Of a DNA stretch of 64,000 bases, positions 11,250-24,170 are shown piece after piece. A program made the translations under genes and the position numbers. Positions within the stretch are counted from its first letter, which is position 1; each line of letters begins with the position of its first letter. The stretch lies in assembly GCF_036971445.1 (NCBI RefSeq), contig NC_091473.1:103788001-103852000 (forward strand), read 5' to 3'. The DNA is from Narcine bancroftii. Taxonomy: Eukaryota. The notes beneath the pieces were generated by a model. It saw only the letters and a program-made list of their open reading frames with translations. It was not told the DNA's origin and made no database searches.

Positions 11250-12480
11250 CTTTATTGTCATTATGCTGGTATACATGATTAGCATCGACATAGAATACAA
11301 TACAACAAATGCATACAATTTTTAAAAAAAACACACAATAAACCATATCCAATAAAACTGCAATATACCAAAATAAATGGTTTTAAAAAAATTATTGATT
11401 CTGAAATGTAAGTGCAGCACTGTTCAATGCCATGAATTATTATTTAATATTATCCCAGCTTCAGAAAAAAGCTCTTGTTAAGTCTGGTAGTTCTGGTAGC
11501 AAAGACACCTATAATGTCTGTCCGATGGTAGGAGAACAAATAGCTTATGGTTGGGGTGTGTTGTGTCTTTAATGATATCCCTCGCCCTGTCCAAACATCG
11601 TCCCCTATAGATAGATTCGATGGCAGGTAATAACATTCCAACAATCCATTGGGCAGTTTTCACTACCCATTGGAGTGCCTTCCTAACTTGTGCAGAACAA
11701 TTCCCGTAGCATGCAGAAATACTGTAAGTCAGCACGCTCTCAATAGTATATCTATAAAAATCCAATAGTATTTTAGGGCAGAGTTGTAACTTCTTTGTAC
11801 ATCTCAAAAATAAAGACATTGTTGTGCCTTTTTGATCAACATTGAATTCAAAGACCACGTGAGATCATCAGAGATATGACCCCCAGGAATTTAAAGCTCT
11901 GTAACTGCTCCACCACCGCTCCATTGCTGTAAATTGAGATGTGTGTGTGGTTTCCCGCCCTTATAAAATCCACAATGATCACTTTTGTCTTCTGGGTATT
12001 GAGTAACTCATTGTTCTCAGCGCACCAAAAGGCCAGGAGCTGACCCTCAACCCTATAGGCTGTTTCATTGTCCCCTGTGATCAGGCTTCTCACCACGGTG
12101 TTATCTGCAAACTTTATAATTAAGTTAGAGTTGTACATAGGAAAACAGTTGGAGGTGAAGATGGAATGCAAAAGGGGGCTCAGCACGCAACCCTAGGGCA
12201 TTCCTGTGGAAGAGAAAATATTGCCCAACCTAACAGACTGGGGTCTATTAGAAAGGAAACCCAGAATCCAATTACAAAAGCAAGAGGTGATACCATACAA
12301 ACAAAGCTTGGTCATTAGCTTTGATGGTTCAGCAGTGTAGAAAGCCGAACTATAATCAATAACCAGTTATTTTACATAAAAGTTCGGTCTATCCAGGTGA
12401 GTCATAGCAAAGTGTAGCACTGTTGAAATGGCATCCTCTGTCAACCTATTAGCATGGTAGGCAAATTGATATTGATTAAA
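11250..12480 (-). mobile_element. Rex1/Babar-like LINE 3' half
   Basis: LSPLLHSIFT..IIKFADNTVV.SLI..DNETAYR..WCAENN.LLNTQKTK.IIVDF, and FYRYTIESVLTYSISACYGNCS..RKALQWVVKTAQWI. Confidence 0.85.
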
Positions 12481-12799
12481 TTCCTGGCTTATTAATACGA
12501 GTTCTGGGGGAGATGGGACTTCTACATGCATGTATTTTGCTGCTCAGTAGGGCTGGTTTCTAATATTGTTGCAAGTCTTATTGAGAAAGTTTAAACTGAG
12601 TCAGGCAATATAAACCAGAGTGAAGATGTGAGAAGGAGAAAATCAAATCTAATTATCAGAAGCAGTGAATTAGTTTGAAAGATTGAGAAACCCCAAAAAA
12701 GTGTGTAAATACATAAATTTGAAAAATAAAGATTTTGGTACTTCATACTGGAACATGGTTTAATGTTTAATTTTGTGACATTGTTCATGACAATAAATC

Positions 12800-13480
12800 T
12801 GATTCTGTAGGGAGTCTGGGGAATAATGTATTTGAGGTGCAGACCAACATGTAAAATGAAATATGGTTTAAAAGGGGCAGGAAGTGTATTTCCATTTTCC
12901 TGGTTGAAGATTTAAAATTGAAATAGAAGGGAGTGAAAAGCAAATCTGCTGTCATGTTGGGTAAATAATCATTTGCAGCTTGAAATGGTTAATTTGCTAA
13001 AAGGATCATCAAATAAGGTTGTACACTTGAATAAACAGAATATAAAAACCGATTATAGAAGAGCAAATCAGAAGACACATTTCTAAGAAGTGCAGAGATA
13101 TAGTATTTAATTTCAACTCTAATATTAATTAGAATAGATTAAGAGAAGCAGAAATATTAAAAAACATTTTGGAGAACTTGGCTAGCTAATCAACAAGACA
13201 GTGGACTAATTCTTTTATTTAGAAAATTGATGTAGGAAGGGAGTTTCAATTGAGAAACATTTTGATGGAGTGATTTGCTTCAATTTAATAGTTCTGGGGG
13301 AAAAAATGAGCAGTTAAGAATTGTAATGTATTGCTAGAGAGGTTAATGATTGCACATATAGTTGAGGCTTCAATAGGGGATTAGTTAAGTATTTTAGGAA
13401 AAGTAACACAGAATAATGCCTGACTAGTGCTCCTACAATAATCTAGAACAGGCTTATGAGCTTATTGGCCTTTTTATATG
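12800..13480 (+). mobile_element. Very old CR1 3' remnant
   Basis: Weak resemblance to the younger CR1 copy at 54644-55730. No intact ORF. Confidence 0.4.
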
Positions 13481-14049
13481 CTGTAACTATACTATCTTTT
13501 CTACTTGTGATTCTATAAGGACACTAGTAGATGATGTATAAAAGTTCTCAAGCAGGGTGAAACCATTTTTATGCTGAGAGGTGATTGGTGTAATTACATT
13601 GAAAACATCTCTTTGAAAGTTAACCTATGTTGTGGAAAACTTTCAAGAGGAAGCTTGTGAAAGTTTGGAACTAATATAATTTCTCGCAGAAAAGGTTAGG
13701 ACTGTTAAACCCATGTAGTTCTCTCCATCTGGATATCAAGAAGCATGAAAGGGAACAGGATGAGGGAAGAAAAGGTATCATTGCCAGTCATAGGGAGTTC
13801 AGTACTGTAGAGTCTAGGTATATATTAACAGTGTAGATGGTTAAGAACAAATAAATTTGTGCAGCTCATAGTACAGTGGTATTAAAATGTTGCTGTAAAG
13901 TCGAAAGCTATCATAGGAGTGACTAGCTTGAGGTCTATACATTTCAGATGTACTATTTCTCCCAGTGTGAACAATGTCTGGAGACTGAGAATTCAAAAAA
14001 ATGTAGAAATGTTAGGGGGAAATATAAATTTAGACTTGTAAAAAGATTT

Positions 14050-15920
14050 TGAAATACAACACAGTAACAGGCTCTTTCGGCCCACGAGTCCGGGCCATCT
14101 AATTGACCTAAACCCTCTTCTTTCTTCTTTGGCTTGGCTTCGCGGACGAAGATTTATGGAGGGGGTAAAAAGTCCACGTCAGCTGCAGGCTCGTTTGTGG
14201 CTGACCAGTCCGATGCGGGACAGGCAGACACGATTGCAGCGGTTGCAGGGGAAAATTGGTGGGTTGGGGTTGGGTGTTGGGTGTTTCCTCCTTTGCCTTT
14301 TGTCAGTGAGGTGGGCTCTGCGGTCTTCTTCAAAGGAGGTTGCTGCCCGCCAAACTGTGAGGCGCCAAGATGCACGGTTTGAGGTGTTATCAGCCCACTG
14401 GCGGTGGTCAATGTGGCAGGCACCAAGAGATTTCTTTAGGCAGTCCTTGTACCTTTTCTTTGGTGCACCTCTGTCACGGTGGCCAGTGGAGAGCTCGCCA
14501 TATAACACGATCTTGGGAAGGCGATGGTCCTCCATTCTGGAGACGTGACCCATCCAGCGCAGCTGGATCTTCAGCAGCGTGGACTCGATGCTGTCGACCT
14601 CTGCCATCTCGAGTGCTTCGACGTTAGGGATGTAAGCGCTCCAATGGATGTTGAGGATGGAGCGGAGACAACGCTGGTGGAAGCGTTCTAGGAGCCCTAG
14701 GTGGTGCCGGTAGAGGACCCATGATTCGGAGCCGAACAGGAGTGTGGGTATGACAACGGCTCTGTATATACTTATCTTTGTGAGGTTTTTCAGTTGGTTG
14801 TTTTTCCAGACTCTTTTGTGTAGTCTTCCAAAGGCACTATTTGCCTTGGCGAGTCTGTTGTCTATCTCATTGTCGATCCTTGCATCTGATGAAATGTTGC
14901 AGCTGAGATAGGTAAACTGGTTGACCGTTTTGAGTTTTGGGTGCCCGATGGAGATGTGGGGGGGCTGGTAGTCATGGTGGGGAGCTGGCTGATGGAGGAC
15001 CTCAGTTTTCTTCAGGCTGACTTCCAGGCCAAACATTTTGGCAGTTTCCGCAAAGCAGGATGTCAAGCGCTGAAGAGCTGGCTCTGAATGGGCAACTAAA
15101 GCGGCATCGTCTGCAAAGAGTAGTTCATGGACAAGTTTCTCTTGTGTCTTGGTGTGAGCCAAACTGCATGAGTTTTTCAAGCTTTGTTGGGACCAAGGTA
15201 AACTGCCTCAGTATCTTCGTGATGCCACCATCATCACCCTGTACAAAAACAAAGGCGAGAAATCAGACTGCTCAAACTACAGGGGAATCACGTTGCTCTC
15301 CATTGCAGCCAAAATCTTCGCTAGGATTCTACTAAATAGAATAATACCTAGTGTCGCCGAGAATATTCTCCCAGAATCACAGTGCGGCTTTCGCGCAAAC
15401 AGAGGAACTACTGACATGGTCTTTGCCCTCAGACAGCTCCAAGAAAAGTGCAGAGAACAAAACAAAGGACTCTACATCACCTTTGTTGACCTCACCAAAG
15501 CCTTCGACACCGTGAGCAGGAAAGGGCTTTGGCAAATACTAGAGCACATCGGATGTCGCCCAAAGTTCCTCAACATGATTATCCAACTGCACGAAAACCA
15601 ACAAGGTCGGGTCAGATACAGCAATGAGCTCTCTGAACCCTTCTCCATTAACAAAGGCGTGAAGCAAGGCTGTGTTCTCGCACCAACCCTCTTTTCAATC
15701 TTCTTCAGCATGATGCTGAACCAAGCCATGAAAGACCCCAACAATGAAGACGCTGTTTACATCCGGTACCGCACGGATGGCAGTCTCTTCAATCTGAGGC
15801 ACCTAAACCCTAGTATGAGGGAAAACCCACACAGACACGGGGAGAGCATGTCAGACAGCATGGGATTTGAATCCTGATTGCTGGTACTGTACAGCATTGT
15901 GCTAACTCTACGCAAACCCA
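14050..15920 (-). mobile_element. tRNA-type SINE split by the RTE insertion (halves ~14050-14116 and 15801-15920)
   Basis: The rejoined halves match the SINE copies at 27670-27890, 33490-33735 and 50655-50910, including a box-B-like ggattcaaatcc on minus. Confidence 0.7.
14117..15800 (-). mobile_element. Young RTE LINE with 5' inversion (3' part on minus 14117-15160; inverted part on plus 15161-15800)
   Basis: ORF 14179-15180 (LLFADDAAL...FPCNRCNRVCLSRIGLVSHKRAC) and ORF 15293-15877 (ESQCGFR, FVDLTKAFD, GVKQGCVLAPTLF) lie on opposite strands. TSD acctaaaccct at 14106-14116 and 15801-15811. Confidence 0.95.
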
Positions 15921-16911
15921 GTGACTGGACTGGGGATAGATTCGTTGACAGCCTTTGTCTTCTCAACAATTAACATAAAGCATGTTTGTTAAGAGAAGTG
16001 GTCAACTGTTTGGAACTTGGCCTCTGTGCAAGTGGTACCTGCATACTCTAAAATGATAAATAAATGGTAGTGAGCTTGATTCTGGGTAGGAGGTGACAGA
16101 GATTGGATAGTTTCTTCTTCCACTGTGAACTCCAATTGGGATATATCTTTTAGTTCACTAGAAACAGTGATGTATAATGACAATATATAATGTTGCAAGA
16201 ATTTGATTTAGTGGAGCTTAAAGTTTTGCATATGATCCTTTGCAAAATGGATATGTATATATTGTGAACTGTGTCACCTTAATTTGTCAATTTGGATATT
16301 TTTTATATCAGGTCAAAATAACAAAGATGCTTTTATTTTGCCAACCTTGCATTTCTGCAGCCCCAAGCACATCTCCAATATCAGGATTCCAACATAATTT
16401 AAAAATTGACCTTCTAGTTTATCATCTAATAAAAATATTTGCAACATACAATGTATTTTACAATGTGGCCCAAATTCTGCAGATCAAGATGTTTCCAGAT
16501 TTAGTATCTGGTTTGGGAGTTGGCTGCTGGGGGCTCAGCCTCCAGTGTTTTAATCAGGAAACACTCACAGGCCCTCTTTCCTATACTCTTGTTGTGTTCA
16601 AAGTTTAAATTTATATTCAGGGTACATAGATCACATTACATACAACCATGTGATTCTTTTTTCCTGCAGGTCAGACAGACTTTCTACTTATCGATAACTG
16701 TACACAAGAATAAAAGATATGTTTAGAAAAAAGAGAAATTGCTCTTAAGGCGAAGGCAGTGTGTTCCTGGAACCTATGTTCCTAGATTAGGTGAGCTAGA
16801 AACAATCAGTAAATCTTGAAAATACCTATTTCTGCATTTGAACTGCAGTCATTTACACCAGCAGGAAAATGGGTTGGGTTGCCTCTGTTCCAGCAACCTG
16901 GTTTCAATCCT

Positions 16912-17203
16912 TGTGGTGGTACACCACCAGCCTACTGCAGGGGGCAACCTCTGTACCTGCAGGAGTGTAAGGGGACAGGACAAAACCTGGCCGGCTGCCA
17001 ATCAATCGGCCTGAATGGATCAAGCCCCACCCAGTCGGGTGTCAATCACCTTCCGGGATATAAGCCTGTGCCGGCCTCCCAAGGCCTCACACTGAGTTGC
17101 TGCAGCCACAGCCAGCCTAACTCCCTGGAGGTTTTTGTGGATTAAAACCTGTTGTTCAGTCTTTACCTTGTGTGTGTCTGATTCTGTCTAACAGTGCACC
17201 ACA
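16912..17203 (+). mobile_element. Solo LTR, 292 bp, probably Gypsy
   Basis: Termini tgtggtg...caccaca, 5-bp TSD atcct (16907-16911 and 17204-17208), internal TATAA and ATTAAA. Confidence 0.85.
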
Positions 17204-17252
17204 ATCCTGACCATGTACTGGAGCTTTATCCACAATTGTATAGGGTTCTGGT

Positions 17253-18655
17253 GCAGCCGAGATAGGTAAACTGGTTGACCGTTTTGAGTTTTGGGTGCCC
17301 GATGGAGATGTGGTAGTCATGGTGGGGAGCTGGCTGATGGAGGACCTCCGTTTTCTTCAGGCTGACTTCCAGGCCAAACATTTTGGCAGTTTCCGCAAAA
17401 CAGGACGTCAAGCGCTGAAGAGCTGGCTCTGAATGGGCAACTAAAGCGGCATCGTCTGCAAAGAGTAGTTCACGGACAAGTTTCTCTTGTGTCTTGGTGT
17501 GAGCTTGCAGGCGCCTCAGATTGAAGAGACTGCTATCCGTGCGGTACCGGATGTAAACCACGTCTTCATTGTTGAGGTCTTTCATGGCTTGGTTCAGCAT
17601 CATGCTGAAGAAGATTGAAAAGAGGGTTGGTGTGAGAACACAGCCTTGCTTCACGCCATTGTTAATGGAGAAGGGTTCAGGGAGCTCATTGCTGTATCTG
17701 ACCCGACCTTGTTGGTTTTCGTGCAGTTGGATAATCATGTTGAGGAACTTTGGTGGGTATCCGATGCGCTCTAGTATTTGCCAAAGCCCTTTCCTGCTCA
17801 CGGTGTCGAAGGCTTTGGTGAGGTCAACAAAGGTGATGTAGAGTCCTTTGTTTTGTTCTCTGCACTTTTCTTGGAGCTGCACCATTTCATCAGATGCAAG
17901 GATCGACAACGAGATAGACAACAGACTCGCCAAGGCAAATAGCGCCTTTGGAAGACAACACAAAAGAGTCTGGAAAAACAATCAACTGAAAAACCTCAAA
18001 GATACACAAGTATACAGAGCCGTTGTCATACCCACACTCCTGTTCAGCTCCGAATCATGGGTCCTCTACCGGCATCACCTACGGCTCCTAGAACGCTTCC
18101 ACCAGCGTTGTCTCCGCTCCATCCTCAACATTCATTGGAGCGCTTTCATCCCTAACATCGAAGTACTCGAGATGGCAGAGGTCGACAGCATCAAGTCCAC
18201 GCTGCTGAAGATCCAGCTGCGCTGGGTGGGTCATGTCTCCAGAATGGAGGACCATCGCCTTCCCAAGATCGTGTTATATGGCGAGCTCTCCACTGGCCAC
18301 CGTGACAGAGGTGCACCAAAGAAAAGGTACAAGGACTGCCTAAAGAAATCTCTTGGTGCCTGCCACATTGACCACCGCCAGTGGACTGATATCTCCTCAA
18401 ACCGTGCATCTTGGCGCCTCAGTTTGGCGGGCAGCAACCTCCTTTGAAGAAGACCGCAGAGCCCACCTCACTGACAAAAGGCAAAGGAGGAAAAACCCAA
18501 CACCCAACCCCAACCAACCATTTTTCCCCTGCAACCACTGCAACCGTGTCTGCCTGTCTCGCATCGGACTTGTCAGCCACAAACGAGCCTGCAGCTGACG
18601 TGGACATTTACCCCCTCCATAAATCTTCGTCCGCGAAGCCAAGCCAAAGAAGAAA
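17253..18655 (+). mobile_element. Young RTE LINE with 5' inversion (inverted part on minus ~17250-17879; 3' part on plus ~17876-18655)
   Basis: RT ORF 17226-17981 (minus) abuts the C-terminal ORF 17848-18447 (plus). TSD atagggttctggt at 17240-17252 and 18656-18668. Confidence 0.95.
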
Positions 18656-21600
18656 ATAGGGTTCTGGTTTCCTCCCACAAAACCCAGGGACCTGCTGGAA
18701 GGTTATTTGGCAACTGCAATTTACCCCTAGTGTAGGTCAGTGACAGGAGAATTGATGGACAAATTTACAGGGAAATAACTGGGAGGTGGTGGGATTGAGA
18801 GCTGGCATAAACTTGGTGAGTTGAATACCTTTGATATGCTGTGGCAAATATGATGCAAGATGTGGAGGGTAACTTTTTAGTCAATGTTTACAAAATGGGT
18901 TTCCATGCTGCAAACATCTTTGATTCTATAACATTCATTTTATTTTACCATTTCATTGATGAGTTTTGGAGAAGAACCATGCATTCACTTTACAATGGGA
19001 TTGATAAACTGACTGATTTGCACCTGGTTACATTAACTTTTCACACTTTTATTACAGGGCCACTACCATTAGCTGAACATTTTATTGTTCAACAATAAAA
19101 TCTCATTTTCATGGATTCTTGAGTTTCAAATGATGCAGGGGAAGACAAATGCTCTCTAATATATTTTCAAAGAAGATGCAAATGTGACCATTTTGACCCA
19201 TACCCTGAAATACTTGCATCTGCTGAATATTATTTTCATGCAACGATTTTTTGTTAATTTTATATGGTCAAGTACAAAGGATTTTGCATACTACCAAAAC
19301 TCATTAATTGCATTATCTTTCAGATATCATTGCAACACAAGTGGACTGCTATTATTGCTTAACAATGACCAAATTTGTAAAGGATTCTTTGGAATGTTGA
19401 CCTGTGAGAGATTTGGGTGGCTTGGTTCCATCAAGTGAATGAGGGAATACAGGATCCTGAAGAATGTACTGCCTGCAGAAACACGCAGTCAAGAAAAAGA
19501 GGTAGGATATTGTGCAGATTTTGGAATGCTGGCAAATATTTAGAATCTCTGGGGATGATTAGAAGGGAGTGCAGAGGCTGTGATTTGGTGGACTAACAAT
19601 CAAAGAAATGCAGATGCTAAAAATCTGAAATAAAACAGAAAATACTGGAATACGAAATGTAAAGTTGCAGACCTGCTTAATGTACTTCGAACATTTCCTG
19701 ACTCTAACAATTCAGTGGCCTCAGTTTGCAGTTGGAGTGTGGACATGTTTTCTGAAGCTGTTTGGAACTAAAGAATGATACTCATTGAGATACTTGACTA
19801 TTTGATCAACTTCATTGTTCTTGGGCACAAGTTACTCACATTCTAATCGGCAGAACTATTGAAAACTGATTTTCATCAAATTTCAATACTTGAGCTGGGG
19901 TGAATACCAATGTAAATGCCCTATTAGTGGGATGAACATGGCAACCGCAGGGTAAGTAAGTTGTTTGGTGGTAGCCGGGCGATGTGAAGCGGTGAAAAGG
20001 TAGCACATTAGTTTGTATGATGCAGAATGGGGTTGATGGCGAACAAGCGGACCTGTGAGGATACGGCAAGCAGACGTAAAGACGATAGAGATGTGATCAA
20101 GCGGACATGAAGGCATGGTCGTCCAGCGGACCTTGTAGGGCGAACCAGGAAGTGTGATGAAATAGAATGAGGGCAACTAAGCCAAGGGGTGCAGGCTGAA
20201 ACAGGGCGAGTCGGCTGTTTAGTACGTAGACCATGCAGGGAAAAGAGCCAACACACTAGTTATGATGAAGCAGATTTACAAGCTGCTAAAAATAAGAGAT
20301 AACATTGTGGAGTGCAAGCAGACCTGAAAAAGAGTTGACAGGCTGGAGATCGCGGATGTGAAAAGATGGTGGAGGGGGGGGGGTGTGGGGCGGGGGGAGG
20401 ACAGGAAACCGGTGGGCAGAGCGAACAGGCAACAAACCAAGCAGAGTGCAACGGTAATCGGTCTCAAGGAAAGCAGGGTTTTGGACAGTGGGCTGGGCAG
20501 TATGGAGAAGTTGCGGGGTATGGATCCAGCACATCAGAGTGACAAAGCACCGGCAAGTTCCGAGACGGTGGAGTGGAGCTTGAGCCGACCTGAAAAGGGG
20601 ACAGGCGGTAGGGTGGTGTGTGAGCCGCCCTGAAAGGGCAGCGGCAGCATGGGACCAGTGGTCCGGGAAAGGAGACGATCATCCTGGGACTCGAGCGAAA
20701 CGAGTCGGATGAATCGAGAGCAGGGGGCCACAGGCAGAAGCAGGGAGAGTCAACTGATTGGTAGCAGGCCATGCAAAGACGTCAAAGGAAGATGGCGGCC
20801 AAGCGAGGAACACAGCAGCAGGATGCTGTGAACCAAGCGGACAGGAGAGGGTGGTGGCCCAGCGGACCGTGTAGGGTGAACTAGGGCTGGAGATGAGTGA
20901 AGGGGCAACCGACCTCAACGTAAAGCAGGAAAAGTCATGTGCCTGTTGGTGGCTGGCCAATGAGAGGAGGTACAGGACGGAGAGCCAGCATCCCTCAAGC
21001 CAGCGACAGCATTCTAGTGCCTTGCTAATTTCTGTCAGCCTGCCATCCAACATTTGTATCAACATTGGAAGTTGAAAAGGGATTAATATAAATTGATGGT
21101 CAGTGGAGTCTGGGTGGGATGAAAGGTGTGTTTCTGTGCTGCATCGCTTTCTGACGAATGAGAAATGCAGGTGGTTGAAGTACAAAGAAGCAAGTAGGGC
21201 TACATTCCTTAAGGTGTGTGTAACAAATTGGTAAGTCCGCTTAAATAAACAACGCACCAATTGTTACACATGTTGCATAATTGTTAGAGCAAATCTTCCC
21301 TCGGGGTATTTTAATAATTTCAATGATTTTGAACTCTCTTGCTAATTGTTTACTTGAGTTGTGAGTATTAAAAAGCCCAAATGTTCAGCTGCTATTTACA
21401 AATCTTTTAAGACCAGATCTAAAATGGTTTGTCAGTGTGATCAACACTTTCTCGGTATTAGGTGGAATTTTGTAATTGAGGATACAAGGTTAATCTCTCA
21501 AGATCTTTTCCACAACATACAAGGAATTAAAGTGGAGGGATTTAAAACTTTTTATTGTACCGTCCTTTTATTGGAGTAAGTTTGGTTTTGAATTCAGCCC

Positions 21601-23919
21601 AAATCAATGGGTTTCTTTAAATCTACTGATTAGAGGATCTAGTACGTGATATTTTTTGCTTCCTGTTTAATTTGATGATGAACCCAAAATGTCGACCATT
21701 TCTTTACCACCACAGATATTACCTGAACTGTTTTCTTTTTCCAGCAGTTTGCTTTTTTTTGGTCTCCCTCTTGTTTTCACGTACTTACCTCTGAACAGCA
21801 GATGAGGATTCCATGTCGTAGTACAGAAAATAAAAATTGTATTCAAGATAAGCCACAACTGCAGGAATTTGAGAGCTTCAGTTTTTTTCAAGTTATGGGG
21901 TCATAGAGAGATTTGTTTTCCCTTTGGCCAGTCAATTATGGTACTTACAAATGCTAATATGACACTGAGTGCCAAAGACACTTTTTTCAGATATTTGTTT
22001 CACTTCTGATTTCCTTTCAAGATGATAATATTTGAGAGCTATCCATAATTGCAACTTAAAGAGCATTTGGAAAATCAAAGCAATGTAATGCCAAGGAAAC
22101 TGCTTCCTGCTTCTGTGGTCTTCATGTTTAACTCGTCTTTGTTGTCATTACTGTTTTCTGTCCCAAGATGGCAGCAAAAGATTCATTTAAGGCACTCCCT
22201 CAGTTAGTTGAGAATCTCAGGAGATATGAAATTATAATGATTTATTGACTCTTTATATTATCTATTTTTCCAAAATATTCACAATTTCGTGACAAGTGCA
22301 GTCACATGAAAATTGTAATCAAATAATTCTTGTTCAGGTTTGGTACGCTTCTACATTCATATGATTAATGCAAAAATGGCCTTATTTACATGAGTGTTAA
22401 TTTCAATCTATCCACATGGAGGGAGTCGTTCGGCCATCCCCAATAGTTTTGCACTGAATCCTACCAACAATGTCATTTTCAAACATTATAAAGTAAAAAC
22501 GTTGACATCAAATATTTCCACCTAAGTTTTGACTTTCTGAAAACAAAAAAAAAATGCAAAGTGGCTTCCGTGGGTGGAAATGTTAATGTTTTAGGCATGA
22601 TTTTTAGTATCAACTAATTTGATAACATATCAGTCAAATTAAGATTCATTTTACAAGACTCATTACTTTTTGAATCTTTCGTTGATGGCATTATTCTGAA
22701 ACTAGTGGTCTTCTGGCAACTGCCTTGAGGAAATATGCCTGAAGCCAACAAGTCACTACACTACACTTTCATGTAAGTAGGGCCATTGATAGATAGCTTA
22801 AAAATACTGAATGAGCTTCTGTGTGATTTTCTACTAGAATACAAAATGTTTAAATCAGTTATAATAGTTATTTATAAACATATTGAATCAAATTTATAAG
22901 ATCCTGCCTTTAACACCTTGCTATGGAGTCAATCCATTTCCTTTCACCTTCTTGACATTTTCTGCAAGAAATTGACTTGATTGATGCAATTACTCTAATA
23001 CCTTATTCTGATTTATTACAATATAGCATTACATTACACTAAAAAAATAATATTTCTTGCAAAATAACATTAATAGAATCTTTTACAACAGTGTGCTGAG
23101 AAAAGTGACAAGACGTTACAAGAATGGCAAAACAGATGGAAAAAAATACAATTTTGTTTCTGTAATAACTTAATGCATACCAATTAATTCTTAAGACTGC
23201 ACATATCATTCCTTTGCTTGATCTTTCAATGTTGGTTATAGTCCTTGTTAAATCTTCAAAGAATGACACCAAATGGAGGGAAAAGTGCAGTGACTTCTCA
23301 CTACAGAAGTCATTCAAATCAAAACATTTCAATGTCCCTTGCTGTACTAAGGGATCTTTTAGCTGAACTGGACATGCTGAAATAGGTAAAGTTTTCCACA
23401 TGGCTTCATCATTCACTTTCTTTCCTCTTGACAATTGTTTAACATTAAGTACTCAATTGGTGACAAAATGGTATGAATATCATCAACTTAAAGGTCTGTT
23501 AGGAACTTTCGGGGTCACCTCACAACCTTGATCATCTGACTCCCATAGCTAATTTTGCTTGGTCATGTGAAGAAGTTAGCAAAAGTTGTCAGACCAATTT
23601 TTGGTACTGACTTATCTTTGTTACAGACACTCAGGTGAATCTATGCTGCCCTTAATGACTCAAATGTTGATGATCATAGTCTGTGTCTTGGAAGCAAAAA
23701 AAAGGCACATGTGGTGTGAAATTGTACTTTGTTTTTGTAGTGAAATTCTCCTGTTATTCCAAAACATGCCAGGCCTTAGTTGAGTGGGATCCATTAGATG
23801 CAGAAACACTTTTGTACTTCACCCAAGTGGCCATTCATCGTGATTAAGGCATTACTTGTAGGCACAGTATGTAATTAGAAAAGTTCATGAATTCTTTTTT
23901 GGGAAAACTGAATACAAGA

Positions 23920-24170
23920 GGCAGCATGGATAGTGCAGTAGTTAAAGCAATGCTATTAGAGAGCTAGCGACTGGGGTTTAAATCCACTGCTTTTCGTAAG
24001 GAGTTTGTACGTTCTCCATGCGACCGTGTGCTCCACTTTTCTCCCATGTTCCAAAGATGCATGAGGTCAGTAGGTCAATTTGTGACATAGGTGTAATTGG
24101 TCAGAATGGGTTCATTGGCCAAAAGGGCCTGTTAGTGTGCTGCAGCTCTAAATCTTAATTTAAATTAAAA
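23920..24170 (+). mobile_element. tRNA-type SINE
   Basis: Box A/B-like head (tagtgcagtagtt; ggtttaaatcc), body gtaaggagtttgtacgttctcc, AT-rich tail. Confidence 0.75.

Larger units (their letters stand above)
16860..18840 (+). mobile_element. Old SINE interrupted by a solo LTR and an RTE
   Basis: ctggtttcaatcct|gacc...ggtttcctcccaca...atttacccctagtgtagg is collinear once both inserts are removed. Confidence 0.55.

Noticed and set aside
19324-19501. Plus-strand segment with good acceptor (ctttcag) and donor (gag|gtagga)
   Set aside because: Stops in all three frames. It could be a non-coding exon, but the sequence alone cannot support that.
21789-21858. Minus-strand mini-exon with a strong GTAAGT donor
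   Set aside because: Not phase 2-2 compatible with the two candidate exons, no recognisable peptide, and next to a repeat.
23039-23434. 131-aa minus ORF
   Set aside because: No domain recognised and no clear splice signals. Likely a chance frame.
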